From Terrimicrobiaceae bacterium (lineage in GTDB: Bacteria > Verrucomicrobiota > Verrucomicrobiia > Chthoniobacterales > Terrimicrobiaceae), in NCBI GenBank assembly GCA_041752695.1, contig JBGSVZ010000067.1, positions 1 to 46,277 on the forward strand: a DNA stretch of 46,277 nucleotides, written 5' to 3'. Numbering within the stretch: the stretch's first letter is position 1; each line of letters opens with the position of its first letter. The position numbers and the translations under genes were made by a program. This document shows positions 28,741 to 38,481 of this stretch, one piece after another. The notes under the pieces are model-generated. The model was not told the origin of the DNA. It was given only the letters and a program-made list of their open reading frames with translations, and searched no databases.

Positions 28741-29883
28741 ATGCAAGCGGGCGACATTCTCTTTTTTCCCTTCCGTCTTTTTTTCAATCCCCGACACATC
28801 AAGGAAGGGAAACATTACCGGCACGCCCTGAAGCGGCTGATTCATTACAAAGAGGACATCCTTCCGGAAAAAGATCTCGCAACGTTGCGCGGCCTCCTTT
28901 CCACCATCGAGACTGCCCTGAAAAGTCGGAGCCGGGAGAAGCTGGCGGCCGCCCAGGGGGATATCGACAAGGCGATCGGCAAGATCATCCCTCCCCCACC
29001 CGACGCCGGATGGCGGGAGAACGTGGAGGTTTTTCTGGTGGCCATTGTGATCGCGGCCGGTGTTCGGGCCTATTTTCTCCAGCCGTTTAAGATTCCCACG
29101 GGCTCCATGCAGCCCACCCTTTACGGCATCGTCGGAACGCGAACCGATACGCCGCCGCCCAACCTGCTGGTCCGGGCCGTTCAGATGGTCTGGTTGGGAC
29201 GGCATCATTTTGATCTGAAGGCCAAATCGGACGACGTGGTTCAGGACGTCACCGAAAAGACCTATCTGAATTTTTTCACCTTTACGACGATCGTGGGAGG
29301 ACGGGACCGCTACACGCTTTTCGCGCCGAGGGACACGCTCGTGCAGTATTTCGGTGTTCGCCCCGGGGTGCGGCTGAGGGCCGGCGAAACCATTGCCCGG
29401 GGATATATCGATACGGGAGACCAGGTCTTTGTGGACAAAATGAGTGTCAATTTCTCCCGTCCTTCCCGCGGTGATGTCTTTGTCTTCAAAACCAACGGGA
29501 TTAAGGCGATTCAAGACGGACTGCCCCCTGGCGTGGAATCCCAGCATTACATCAAGCGCCTGGCCGGTGTTCCTGGCGACGTGCTGAGCATTGCTCAGCC
29601 CAACCTTTATATCGACGGAGCCCTGCCCAAGGAATGGGTTTTCCAGCGCGTGATGAGTCTGAAAGACGGGTACCGCGGATATTCCAACATGCCGATGTTT
29701 GCCTATCTCACAAACCCCGGGGAAAAATTCACCGTCCAGCCCAAGACGTATTTCGCCCTCGGTGACAACAGCTTCCATTCCCGGGACAGTCGGGACTTTG
29801 GCGGGGTGCCCGAGCAAAACGTGGCTGGTCGTGGCTTTTTTGTCTATTGGCCGTTCAGTAAACGCTGGGGGCTGATCCATTAG
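28741..29883 (+). CDS. lepB: signal peptidase I
   Basis: IPTGSMQPTL (Ser), YIKRLAG (Lys), GDNSFHSRDSR; directly follows lepA. Confidence 0.95.
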   Translation: MQAGDILFFPFRLFFNPRHIKEGKHYRHALKRLIHYKEDILPEKDLATLRGLLSTIETALKSRSREKLAAAQGDIDKAIGKIIPPPPDAGWRENVEVFLVAIVIAAGVRAYFLQPFKIPTGSMQPTLYGIVGTRTDTPPPNLLVRAVQMVWLGRHHFDLKAKSDDVVQDVTEKTYLNFFTFTTIVGGRDRYTLFAPRDTLVQYFGVRPGVRLRAGETIARGYIDTGDQVFVDKMSVNFSRPSRGDVFVFKTNGIKAIQDGLPPGVESQHYIKRLAGVPGDVLSIAQPNLYIDGALPKEWVFQRVMSLKDGYRGYSNMPMFAYLTNPGEKFTVQPKTYFALGDNSFHSRDSRDFGGVPEQNVAGRGFFVYWPFSKRWGLIH

Positions 29884-29907
29884 GAGGTCTGTCGCTCCAT
29901 GGTGATC

Positions 29908-30489
29908 TCACGCGGTCACCTCGACGTCAAAGGGCCGCATGAAGTCGGCGTTGCCTCGGACTTTCCCCCAAACTTCGATGCGCCACGAGACGATAAGTTC
30001 GACACTGACCAGCGACGGCTCGGCGTCCGGGGGGACTGGGACTGTTGCCCGAAACTCCTGCGAGCCCATCCTCGGCACCTCCCAGGGACCGCTGTCGAAA
30101 AAGTTGGCTTGGCAGGGATGTGTGACGGTCCGGGATTTGCCCGGCCCGCGCACACTGCGTTCGCAGACCAGGTTGGCTCGCAAGGATTCGAAGAGCACAG
30201 GGCCCTCCTGGCGGATGACCAGACCCGTGGACTGGCCAGGCCGCAGCGGGGTGGCCGACAGTTGGAGCGTGGTGGGCGGGGTGCGGGCGGCAAAGAGGCA
30301 ATGAACGCCGTTGAAGAGGAGCAAACCCCCCAAAAGCGCAGGTACCACACTCGCGCATTGAAAGATCAGCGACCCACTGGCGAAAAAAAAGAGCGCCGCC
30401 AGTCCGAACAGGCAAAACATGGCAAAAAAACTGAACCCCGCGCGCGATTTTTCCCCGAAATCGGTCTTTTGTTCTGCTGGATCAGACAT
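29908..30489 (-). CDS. hypothetical membrane protein (two TM helices + arrestin-like beta-sandwich)
   Basis: C-terminal 193 aa of the 380-aa ORF from MSDPAEQK; two hydrophobic helices, then a beta-rich domain ending VSWRIEV...F...F.V.V. Confidence 0.7.
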   Translation of the reverse strand: MSDPAEQKTDFGEKSRAGFSFFAMFCLFGLAALFFFASGSLIFQCASVVPALLGGLLLFNGVHCLFAARTPPTTLQLSATPLRPGQSTGLVIRQEGPVLFESLRANLVCERSVRGPGKSRTVTHPCQANFFDSGPWEVPRMGSQEFRATVPVPPDAEPSLVSVELIVSWRIEVWGKVRGNADFMRPFDVEVTA

Positions 30490-30645
30490 TCTTAAAAACG
30501 TGCAACGGATTGCCTCGGGACTGCGAGTGAGGACGCGAAGGGCGGTTTTTGAGGGGCTTTCCGATGCGTGATCACGGGGATACAGGAGGAACGGACGCAA
30601 ATTTTTGCATGACACAACCCCACATGTGTGGTAGGCTATCCGCTC

Positions 30646-30969
30646 ATGCTTATGCAAAGAAAAAGTGCGTTTTCTCGCCGTCTTCCCGACCTTGTGACCG
30701 AAGAGTTGGTGGCCGCCCTGTCCAAGAAGGGCTCCAACTTTGAGTTCAAGCAACTCTTCGACGTCGTCCACGAACGTCTGCGCGCCCGGAATGCTGCCAG
30801 TGGCGGTGAGGAGATGCTTCGTCTCCGCGCGTATGAAAAGCTGCAAAATCTCGTTTCCCGGGGCATGGTGAAAAAGACGGGCAAAAAGTATCGCGGTCTC
30901 GCCTCGCTCGCCAAGGCCCTCACGCCTCCCGCCGAGCTGGCTCCGCCAGCTGCGGTCGCGGCCAAATAG
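30646..30969 (+). CDS. small basic hypothetical protein, winged-helix-like
   Basis: Basic 107-aa ORF, EEMLRLRAYEKLQNLVSRGMVKKTGKKY, with its own promoter-like and terminator-like signals. Start could be 30652. Confidence 0.75.
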   Translation: MLMQRKSAFSRRLPDLVTEELVAALSKKGSNFEFKQLFDVVHERLRARNAASGGEEMLRLRAYEKLQNLVSRGMVKKTGKKYRGLASLAKALTPPAELAPPAAVAAK

Positions 30970-30998
30970 GCCTTTCCGCTCTTCATTTCGAACCAAAC

Positions 30999-31032
30999 GC
31001 CAAGGCCGCCGTGCGCGGCCTTTGGCATTTTT
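30999..31032 (+). terminator. rho-independent terminator between convergent genes
   Basis: GCCAAGGCCGC / GCGGCCTTTGGC stem followed by ATTTTT. Confidence 0.6.
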
Positions 31033-31046
31033 GGAGTGACAATGGG

Positions 31047-31631
31047 TCACTGGGTCGTCCGCGGCTGAGTGATAAATGGGGCTTTGAGGTAAAGGGGCTC
31101 GGGCACTCCCCCAGGCACGGAGGATCGTTCGCCGATGTGTCCCAGTCGTGCGGCCGAGGCCATCCGGATCTCCGCATCGGCGATCAAGTCAATGGCCGCA
31201 GGCACCAATGTGCGTCTGCCCGCAATGCGTCCGAGCAGCGTTTCCGGATCCAACAGAACAGGCTCTTCGAGAAGAAGACCGTTCTTCACCTCCGCAAAAT
31301 AGAACTGACCACGCCGGGCATCGCCGACCGCGCAATACTCGCCCTCATCGAGGCCCAGGAGCGAGCACACGCCCACCAGCGGAATGCCATGGGCTTGCGC
31401 AATTCCCCACCCGCAGGCCAGCGCCGAGCGAATGCCGTTGTAACTGCCCGGTCCGGTCCCGACGACCACGCGATCCAGCGCGGGGCGCTCGCGCAATATT
31501 TCTTCCAAGGCACTGAACAGCGCCCCTCCCCGGCCCCGGGGGGTTTCCACGAAAATCTCCCGAGCCACTCTGCCATACTCCACCAAAGCCACCGATCCCC
31601 GCGAAGCCGAGCTGTCGAGCGCCAGGATCAT
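31047..31631 (-). CDS. tsaB: tRNA threonylcarbamoyladenosine biosynthesis protein TsaB
   Basis: MILALDSS, VVGTGPGSYNGIR, DARRGQFY and EPLYLK. Confidence 0.95.
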   Translation of the reverse strand: MILALDSSASRGSVALVEYGRVAREIFVETPRGRGGALFSALEEILRERPALDRVVVGTGPGSYNGIRSALACGWGIAQAHGIPLVGVCSLLGLDEGEYCAVGDARRGQFYFAEVKNGLLLEEPVLLDPETLLGRIAGRRTLVPAAIDLIADAEIRMASAARLGHIGERSSVPGGVPEPLYLKAPFITQPRTTQ

Positions 31632-32077
31632 GGCACCCGCTCTCCCGTAATCCGACGCCCGCCATCGGGCAGGAGGTCAAAGCGAAGTCTCAGGGCACCG
31701 GTGGGAAACACTTCGGGAAATTTATCCCCCCACTCGGCGATGGTCACTCCCGCGGGAACACAGTCGTCGAAACCCGCGGTGAGCAATTCGTCCTCGTCTT
31801 TCAAACGATAAAAATCGAAGTGGAAAACCGGCCATTTTCCCGCGTATTCATGCATCACCGCGAACGAGGGACTGGAGGCCTCACCGTCGCAGCTCAGCCC
31901 TTTCGCCAGCCCTAAGGCAAATTGAGTTTTGCCCGCGCCGAGCGGCCCCTCGAGGCTGAGAACCGTCCCGGCAGTTAACTCCGCCGCCACGGCCTCACCC
32001 AAAGCCCGGGTATCCTCGGGACGCGCACACACCACCCCCTGCGGAGCGAGAAGGCGGTCAATGGCGACGGAGAGCAT
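31628..32077 (-). CDS. tsaE: tRNA threonylcarbamoyladenosine biosynthesis ATPase TsaE
   Basis: LEGPLGAGKT, SSPSF, HFDFYRL and EW. Confidence 0.96.
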   Translation of the reverse strand: MLSVAIDRLLAPQGVVCARPEDTRALGEAVAAELTAGTVLSLEGPLGAGKTQFALGLAKGLSCDGEASSPSFAVMHEYAGKWPVFHFDFYRLKDEDELLTAGFDDCVPAGVTIAEWGDKFPEVFPTGALRLRFDLLPDGGRRITGERVP

Positions 32078-32229
32078 ACGATGTGAACGTAGGCAACCAG
32101 ACAGGGGTTCGCCTAGTACGGAAAATCCATTCTGCGAACCCTCCCAAAAGACCGATGTGAAGCTGCCGACTTGGGAGGCAAAGTTCGGGGCTGGCTTTTT
32201 CGCGAAATCCCGGTACCAACGCGCCTAGG

Positions 32230-33300
32230 ATGAACTGGTTCTACGCTACCAAGGAAAAAACTCAGGCCGGACCTGTGGACGAAGCCGCCCTGGAAAGTTT
32301 GCTGCGCTCCGGCACGATCACTCCGCAAACTCTTGTTTGGAAGGAAGGCATGGCAAACTGGGCACCCTATTCCTCCGTGCTCGGTCTTCCGGCCGTTGTC
32401 TCGGCCGAAGCTGGGACCATCCGCTGCGCCGAATGCGGACTCTCTTTCCCGCAGGACCAATTAATTTCTCTCGGCGGGCGCTCTGTCTGCGGGGCCTGCA
32501 AACCGGTGGCGGTGCAAAAGTTTCAGGAAGGGGTGGTCAGCTTCGGGCAAACGGTGGATCCCGAGGAACTTTGGAAGACGATCCAACAGCGGGGCTACAA
32601 TTTCTCCATCGGCTCGATCCTTTCCCGGTCGTGGAATTTGGTGAAGGGGAACTTGTGGCCCAGCATTGGTGTGACGTTGCTCTGCTACCTGATTTTGGTC
32701 GGATCTCAACAGATTCCCCTGCTCGGACTGGTTGCCATTTTCCTGGTTCAACCTCAGATCATGGCCGGGCTCAATTGGTATTTCCTCAAACAATTCCGAG
32801 GGGAAACCGCAACCCTCAACGATGGCTTTGAAGGGTTCAGACGGGGCTTTGGGCAGCAGGCTCTCTACATGCTTATCGTCTTCGCCATTATCTTCGGAGC
32901 CGTCTTTGCCTGCGCCATTCCTGCGGCCATCGCCATCCCGATCATCGTCAGCGCGGCGGAAAAAGCCGGAGGTGATGTCCCCTGGATTCCCATCACGTTG
33001 ATAATTCTCGTCCTGACGCCAATCATCCTGGCGATCTGGTATTTTATCATCTGTTGGTTCTTCGCCCCCCTTCTCATTCTCGATAAGGGCCTCAAGGCCA
33101 CGGCCGCCATGAAACTCAGCCGCCGGGTCGTGCAAATGCGTTTCTGGAAAATCCTTCTGCTTTTTCTGGTAATTGGTCTGCTTTGCCTGGCCGGTCTCCT
33201 TGCGCTGGTTGTCGGGGTCATTTTTGCCCTGCCCATCGCATTCGCCGCCTTGTCGAGACTCTACGAGGACGCTTTCGGCGAGGAAAGTCCCGCAGCCTGA
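32230..33300 (+). CDS. GYF_2 (DUF4339) + zinc finger + multi-pass membrane protein
   Basis: WFY...QAGPV...LVWKEGMANW, CAEC...CGAC, then several TM helices. Confidence 0.85.
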   Translation: MNWFYATKEKTQAGPVDEAALESLLRSGTITPQTLVWKEGMANWAPYSSVLGLPAVVSAEAGTIRCAECGLSFPQDQLISLGGRSVCGACKPVAVQKFQEGVVSFGQTVDPEELWKTIQQRGYNFSIGSILSRSWNLVKGNLWPSIGVTLLCYLILVGSQQIPLLGLVAIFLVQPQIMAGLNWYFLKQFRGETATLNDGFEGFRRGFGQQALYMLIVFAIIFGAVFACAIPAAIAIPIIVSAAEKAGGDVPWIPITLIILVLTPIILAIWYFIICWFFAPLLILDKGLKATAAMKLSRRVVQMRFWKILLLFLVIGLLCLAGLLALVVGVIFALPIAFAALSRLYEDAFGEESPAA

Positions 33301-33307
33301 AAGGTTT

Positions 33308-33892
33308 GTGACAACGCCCGCCCCGCTGACCTGCCCGAAGTGCCAGGCCGCGATCACCGGCTTGCTGGCGTCGCCCGGTGCCCCGAGGCCTTGTGGGGCG
33401 TGTGGGCGTTTACTGGAAGGATGGAGCTTTCCGGCCCTGCAGCGCCCCCCGGCACCAGCCCGGCTGGCGGAAGCCCTGGTGGCGGTCGAGGACGCAGGGT
33501 GTTTCTACCACGCGCAAAGCCGGGCCCAGGTCCCCTGCGATCTCTGCGGACGATTCCTCTGCGCCCTCTGTGATGTGGAGTTGCACGGCCAGCATTTCTG
33601 CCCCGGCTGTGTGAACACCGGAAAAAAGAAAAAGCAGATTCGCAACCTCGACACCGACCGTTTGCTCTATGGCGGTATTGCCCTCATGATTGCCCTGTTG
33701 CCGGTGCTGCTCTTCTGGCCACTCACCATTATCACCGGCCCTCTCGCCATCTTCGTTGCCGTGTATGGCTGGAACAAGCCTCCCAGTCTCACCGGGACAG
33801 GCCGAGGCAGCGCCATCGTCGCGATTGTTCTCGGTCTCCTGGAAACTGCCGCCTGGATTCTTTTGTTCCTGGGTCTTTTCAAAGCCTTCTGA
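33308..33892 (+). CDS. zinc-ribbon/B-box-like membrane protein
   Basis: CPKC...CGAC, CFYH...CDLCGRFLCALC...CPGC and C-terminal TM helices. GTG start just after the upstream stop. Confidence 0.78.
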   Translation: MTTPAPLTCPKCQAAITGLLASPGAPRPCGACGRLLEGWSFPALQRPPAPARLAEALVAVEDAGCFYHAQSRAQVPCDLCGRFLCALCDVELHGQHFCPGCVNTGKKKKQIRNLDTDRLLYGGIALMIALLPVLLFWPLTIITGPLAIFVAVYGWNKPPSLTGTGRGSAIVAIVLGLLETAAWILLFLGLFKAF

Positions 33893-33894
33893 TC

Positions 33895-34353
33895 ATGGCC
33901 GAACGCATCTATCACCGCCTGCCGGGCCGGGGCCGCCAGTTCCTCAATTCCTCGACCTTGTGGGAAGCCGCCGACCATCTGCTGTTGGTGCAATCTCATC
34001 TCGTTTCGGAATCCTACCGGCGGTTTTTCTTTCGGGATGTCCAGGCTCTGGTGGTTTGCGAAACGAAAAGCGGTCTTGTCATGACCATCGTCCTGGCCGC
34101 GCTGGGAGCCCTGGCGTGTGTGCCGATGGCATTTGTTCCGGACGGCTGGTGGATGGCCTTCGTCGCCCTTGCGCTCCTTTTTTTCCTTCCGGCTTTGATC
34201 AATTTCCTGCGAGGTCCCACCTGCCGCTGCACCCTGCGCACCGCCGTGCAGACGCAGGACCTGCCCTCTCTCAACCGTCTGAAAATCGCCCGAAAAGTTC
34301 TCGCCCGGCTGCAGCCGAAGATTGCCGCGGTGCAGCAGGACGCGACGCCATGA
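33895..34353 (+). CDS. hypothetical membrane protein
   Basis: Two TM helices; operonic spacing (2 nt gap upstream, ATGA overlap downstream). Confidence 0.78.
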   Translation: MAERIYHRLPGRGRQFLNSSTLWEAADHLLLVQSHLVSESYRRFFFRDVQALVVCETKSGLVMTIVLAALGALACVPMAFVPDGWWMAFVALALLFFLPALINFLRGPTCRCTLRTAVQTQDLPSLNRLKIARKVLARLQPKIAAVQQDATP

Positions 34354-34670
34354 CCTCGCTTGTCCAACGGCGTTGCCTCAACCACGCGGACCGCGAGGCC
34401 GCCGCCCGCTGCCCGGAGTGTCAGCGTTTTTTTTGCCGCGAGTGTGTGTCCGAGCATGAAGACCGCATCCTGTGCTCCGCCTGCCTCTCCCTTCTGGCGA
34501 CACCTCCTCCCCCGCCCCGGCGCACTTTCGAGGGCGTCATCCGAGTGGGGCAATGCGCTCTGGCCGTTGCGCTGATCTGGTTCTTCTTTTTCCTCATCGG
34601 TCAGGTTCTTCTGGCCATCCCGTCGTCGTTCCACGAAGGCACGATCTGGCAGAACTGGGAGACGAGATGA
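34350..34670 (+). CDS. B-box-like zinc finger protein with C-terminal TM helix
   Basis: CLNHADREAAARCPECQRFFCRECV...LCSAC; ATGA overlaps at both ends. Confidence 0.82.
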   Translation: MTSLVQRRCLNHADREAAARCPECQRFFCRECVSEHEDRILCSACLSLLATPPPPPRRTFEGVIRVGQCALAVALIWFFFFLIGQVLLAIPSSFHEGTIWQNWETR

Positions 34671-36286
34671 AGCGGGCGTTTTTGCGCGATCATGGCAAAG
34701 CCGGCATCGAGCTGATCGAGGAGGCGTTTGTCCTGCTGCGCACCTGTCCAGCGTCCATCCTTGCCGCCTACTTTCTCGGCACCGTTCCCTTCGCCGCGGG
34801 GTTTCTCGTTTTTTGCGCCCATCTCAGTCGCCATCCGGAAGCCCCCGACCACCTTGCGGCCGCCACTTTGACCATGACGGGGTTGTTTATCGGGATGAAA
34901 TTTTTCCACGCCCGCTTCGGCGCCATGTTGCTGGCGAGGCTGCGCGGCGAGGCTCCGCCGTCGTGGGATCCTGGAGCCACTCTTCGGTCGGTCACTACGC
35001 AAACCATTCTCCAAGGGACAGCCTTGTTCATCCTCCCGCTCTCGACGTTGCTCGTTCTGCCGGGTGGCTGGGTTTATGCCTTCTACCAAAATGCCTCGGC
35101 CTTGGACGATGGGAAGACGCCTCTCCGTCGGTTGGTGCGCTCCGCCATGCAGCAAAGCAGCCTGTGGCCGGGACAAAACCACATTGTCCTCCTCGCCCTC
35201 ACCGGATTCGCCTTCTACGTTTTGCTGAACTGGATCATCCTCGCAATGATTACTCCGCAGCTGCTGGAAATGTTTCTGGGCATCGAGACGGTCTTTACCC
35301 AGAGCCCGCTGAGCATGCTAAACACGACCTTTTTTGCTGCCACCGCCGCGGTCACCTTTTTGAGTATCGATCCGCTGGTGAAGACCTGCTACGTGCTGCG
35401 CTGCTTTTACGGCATCTCCCTCCAATCGGGCGACGACCTCAAGACCGAGGTGCGGAAGTTTTCCCGCCGCGCCAAGAGCCTCGCACTGTGCGGACTGTTG
35501 TTGCTTGCTCCGGCCGCCTCACGCGCCGCGGAAACGCCGCCGGCCCCCAATCCTGCCGTCGCCGTCCCGGAACTCGACCGGTCGATTTCCACCGTGGTTC
35601 AGCAAGACAAATACCTCTGGCGCTCCCCCCGCAAAAAGGCAGACAGATCGCGGGAGGGATTTCTGGATGGCTTTTTCAAAAGCATAGGGGAGATGGTGCA
35701 AAGTGCCTTCCGCGGCCTCAGAGATTTGCTCGAGGCGATTCTGGATTGGATCTTTGGCCGGGATCGCAGGTCCTCCAATCCCTGGGGCAACCCGGGCTGG
35801 GAAATGCCCCAACTTGGCCTTCTGTATGGCATCCTCGCCGCGGTGGCTTGCGGATTGGCCATCACCGCGATGCGGACCCTTCGGGCTCGCCGACTTTCCA
35901 CCACCGCAGCCGAATCGATCGTCACCCCCCTGCCAGACCTTCAGGACGCCAACACGACGGCGGACGAACTTCCCGAGGATGATTGGACCCGGATGGGCCG
36001 GGGGCTTCTTGACCAGGGCGAACTCCGCCTCGCGCTGCGCGCGTTTTACCTCGCCAGTTTATCGCATCTCTCTTCGCGTGGGTTGATCACTATTGCCCGT
36101 TCAAAATCCAACCGGGAATACGAGCGGGAACTTCGACGGCGCGGACACGCCATGCCGGAGTTGCCGCTCCTCTTCGGGGAAAACGTCGGTATATTTGACC
36201 GCATTTGGTACGGCTTTCACGAAGTGAATGCCGACATGGTGCAGCACTTTGTGGCCAATCTGGAGAGGATGAAAACCGTCGGATGA
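34667..36286 (+). CDS. multi-pass membrane protein with C-terminal DUF4129 domain
   Basis: TM bundle, then ALRAFYLA...SKSNREY...FDRIWYG typical of DUF4129. Confidence 0.82.
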   Translation: MKRAFLRDHGKAGIELIEEAFVLLRTCPASILAAYFLGTVPFAAGFLVFCAHLSRHPEAPDHLAAATLTMTGLFIGMKFFHARFGAMLLARLRGEAPPSWDPGATLRSVTTQTILQGTALFILPLSTLLVLPGGWVYAFYQNASALDDGKTPLRRLVRSAMQQSSLWPGQNHIVLLALTGFAFYVLLNWIILAMITPQLLEMFLGIETVFTQSPLSMLNTTFFAATAAVTFLSIDPLVKTCYVLRCFYGISLQSGDDLKTEVRKFSRRAKSLALCGLLLLAPAASRAAETPPAPNPAVAVPELDRSISTVVQQDKYLWRSPRKKADRSREGFLDGFFKSIGEMVQSAFRGLRDLLEAILDWIFGRDRRSSNPWGNPGWEMPQLGLLYGILAAVACGLAITAMRTLRARRLSTTAAESIVTPLPDLQDANTTADELPEDDWTRMGRGLLDQGELRLALRAFYLASLSHLSSRGLITIARSKSNREYERELRRRGHAMPELPLLFGENVGIFDRIWYGFHEVNADMVQHFVANLERMKTVG

Positions 36287-37506
36287 AACGATACGTTCCC
36301 ATTGTCGTTCTCCTCGCCTGCGCCACGATTTTTGCGGGAACGTTTTTTCTTTTGCTGAAAAGCCGCTTCGAGGTGGGAGACGTCTATCCCCCGTCCTCAT
36401 CCCTGCGCAGTGATCCGCTTGGGACGATGATTCTGTTCGAAAGCCTTCAGGCACTTCCCGGCGTGCAAACCCTGCGTGATTTCAATGCCGTCAACCGTCT
36501 CCCCCCCGGCCAGGCGACGACCTACCTGCATTTTGCGGCCGGAGCTGACGACTGGACCCTGGTGCCTCCGGAACTCTACCGCACCCTCGATCAGTTTTTG
36601 CTCGAAGGGGGTCGGCTGGTCATCACGTTTAAACCGGAGTTTTCCCGCAAGGACGAAGCCGGAAAAAAGGAACCCAAAAAGAGCAAAAGCGACTCGGAAA
36701 AAGAGGCTGACAAAGCCAAGGAAAAAGAAGAACGAACGTCCACGTCGACATGGATTTCCCTCAAAGAAAAATGGGGCCTGGAGCTGTTCCGGGATCGCAA
36801 CGAGGCGCGCGGACACCTCGTCAAAAACGTCTCCTCGCTGGCCCTCCCGGCAACACAGCAATGGCACGGCGATCTTACCCTCAAGGATCCCGATTCATCC
36901 TGGACCGTCATTTATCAAGGCGACAAGGGACCGGTCGTGGCGGAACGCAAACGCGGCCCTGGCAGCATCGTCGTCGCCACCGATTCGTATTTTGTCAGCA
37001 ACGAGGCCCTGGTGCGTGATCGACAGCCGGAGTTGCTGGCCTGGTTGATCGGATCCAGCAAAACCATCGTCTTCGACGAAGCGCATTTTGGCATCTTGGA
37101 AACTCCGGGAATTGCCGCCCTGGCTCGCAAATACCGCCTGCATGGCGGGGTGGCGGCGTTATTGGTCCTGGCCGGACTTTTCGTCTGGAAAAATTCCTTC
37201 AGCCTCGCGCCACCGCGGTCGGCGGCGGACCATTCGCCGGATGTCGTGTCGGGACGGAACGCCGCCACAGGTTTTGTGGGGCTGCTCCGGCGCAACATCC
37301 CCGGCGACCGCATTTTGGAGGTTTGCCTGGAGGAATGGCGGAAGGCTTTTGCGCTGGGCAGTCGCGTGACTCCCCGCGAGAAGGCCGCCGTGGACGACAT
37401 CGTTACTGCCGAGGCCTCCCTCGCTCCGCGTGACCGAGACCCCGTTGGCGCCGCTCAAAAAATCCACGCCGCCCTGCACCACACTCCTGCCAAATCCCAC
37501 ACTTAG
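36283..37506 (+). CDS. DUF4350 domain membrane protein
   Basis: SSLRSDPLG, GGRLVI, GPGSIVVATDSYFVSNEAL and IVFDEAHFG; flanking TM helices. Confidence 0.8.
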   Translation: MKRYVPIVVLLACATIFAGTFFLLLKSRFEVGDVYPPSSSLRSDPLGTMILFESLQALPGVQTLRDFNAVNRLPPGQATTYLHFAAGADDWTLVPPELYRTLDQFLLEGGRLVITFKPEFSRKDEAGKKEPKKSKSDSEKEADKAKEKEERTSTSTWISLKEKWGLELFRDRNEARGHLVKNVSSLALPATQQWHGDLTLKDPDSSWTVIYQGDKGPVVAERKRGPGSIVVATDSYFVSNEALVRDRQPELLAWLIGSSKTIVFDEAHFGILETPGIAALARKYRLHGGVAALLVLAGLFVWKNSFSLAPPRSAADHSPDVVSGRNAATGFVGLLRRNIPGDRILEVCLEEWRKAFALGSRVTPREKAAVDDIVTAEASLAPRDRDPVGAAQKIHAALHHTPAKSHT

Positions 37507-37521
37507 TTTACCGCACACACC

Positions 37522-38481
37522 ATGGAAACCACCCGTCTTAAGGAAATTCTCGCCGAAGCCCGCGCCGAGGTTGGCAAGGTCATCATTGGACAACACGATG
37601 TCATCGACAAAGCCCTCATCGTCATCTTCACCGGGCATCACGCCCTGATCGAGGGCGTTCCGGGAGTGGCAAAGACTCTCCTCGTGCGGACCCTGGCGCA
37701 TGTCCTGGGGTGTGAGTTTTCCCGGATTCAATTCACCCCGGATCTGATGCCGTCGGACATCACCGGGACCAATGTTTTTAATCTCCAGCATAACGAGTTT
37801 TCCCTGGTTCGAGGCCCCGTTTTCACCTCCTTCCTGCTGGCGGATGAAATCAACCGGGCTCCGGCAAAAACCCAATCCGCCCTCCTCCAGGCTATGCAGG
37901 AACGCGAAGTGACGATCGACCGCGAGACCCATCGCCTGCCTGCCAATTTCACCGTATTCGCCACGCAAAACCCCATCGAATACGAGGGCACTTATCCATT
38001 GCCCGAGGCGCAAAAGGATCGCTTCATGCTCAAGATCACCATGCACCCGCCGGATCGAGAGGAAGAGCTTCTCCTCGCCCAGCGCACCATCGGGCAGGAC
38101 GCTCCCGAAGCCACCCTCGCCGGAGGAGCGGTGCGGGCGGTGGTTTCGTTCGACGACCTCCTCGTGCTGCGCGGTCAGCTGGGACTGATTGTCGTCCGCG
38201 AAGAACTCATCGCGTATGCGGTGGACATCGTGCTGGCCACCCGACGCCATGAAAACATTCTCGTGGGGGCTGGTCCGCGGGCGACACAGGCCCTGCTTCT
38301 CGCCAGTCGGGCGAATGCGGCGATGGCAGGGCGGGATTTTGTCACGCCGGACGATATCAAAGCTATGACCCTCCCCGTCCTCGAACACCGGGTGATCCTC
38401 CGTCCGGAATTTGAGATCGAGGGTCTATCCGTCTCCGAGGCCATCACCGGCATCCTTGAGCAAATTCCCGTCCCACGATGA
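37522..38481 (+). CDS. moxR: MoxR-family AAA+ ATPase
   Basis: EGVPGVAKT, RIQFTPDLMPSDITG, LADEINRAPAKTQSALL and ATQNPIEYEGTYPLPEAQKDRF. Confidence 0.97.
   Translation: METTRLKEILAEARAEVGKVIIGQHDVIDKALIVIFTGHHALIEGVPGVAKTLLVRTLAHVLGCEFSRIQFTPDLMPSDITGTNVFNLQHNEFSLVRGPVFTSFLLADEINRAPAKTQSALLQAMQEREVTIDRETHRLPANFTVFATQNPIEYEGTYPLPEAQKDRFMLKITMHPPDREEELLLAQRTIGQDAPEATLAGGAVRAVVSFDDLLVLRGQLGLIVVREELIAYAVDIVLATRRHENILVGAGPRATQALLLASRANAAMAGRDFVTPDDIKAMTLPVLEHRVILRPEFEIEGLSVSEAITGILEQIPVPR

Noticed and set aside
30490..31050. N-terminal half of the 380-aa minus-strand ORF 29908-31050
   Set aside because: Overlaps the plus-strand small basic gene; the plausible protein begins at ATG 30489.
34813..35982. 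389-aa alternative-frame ORF within the DUF4129 gene
   Set aside because: Arg/Pro-rich low-information translation typical of an off-frame GC-rich ORF.
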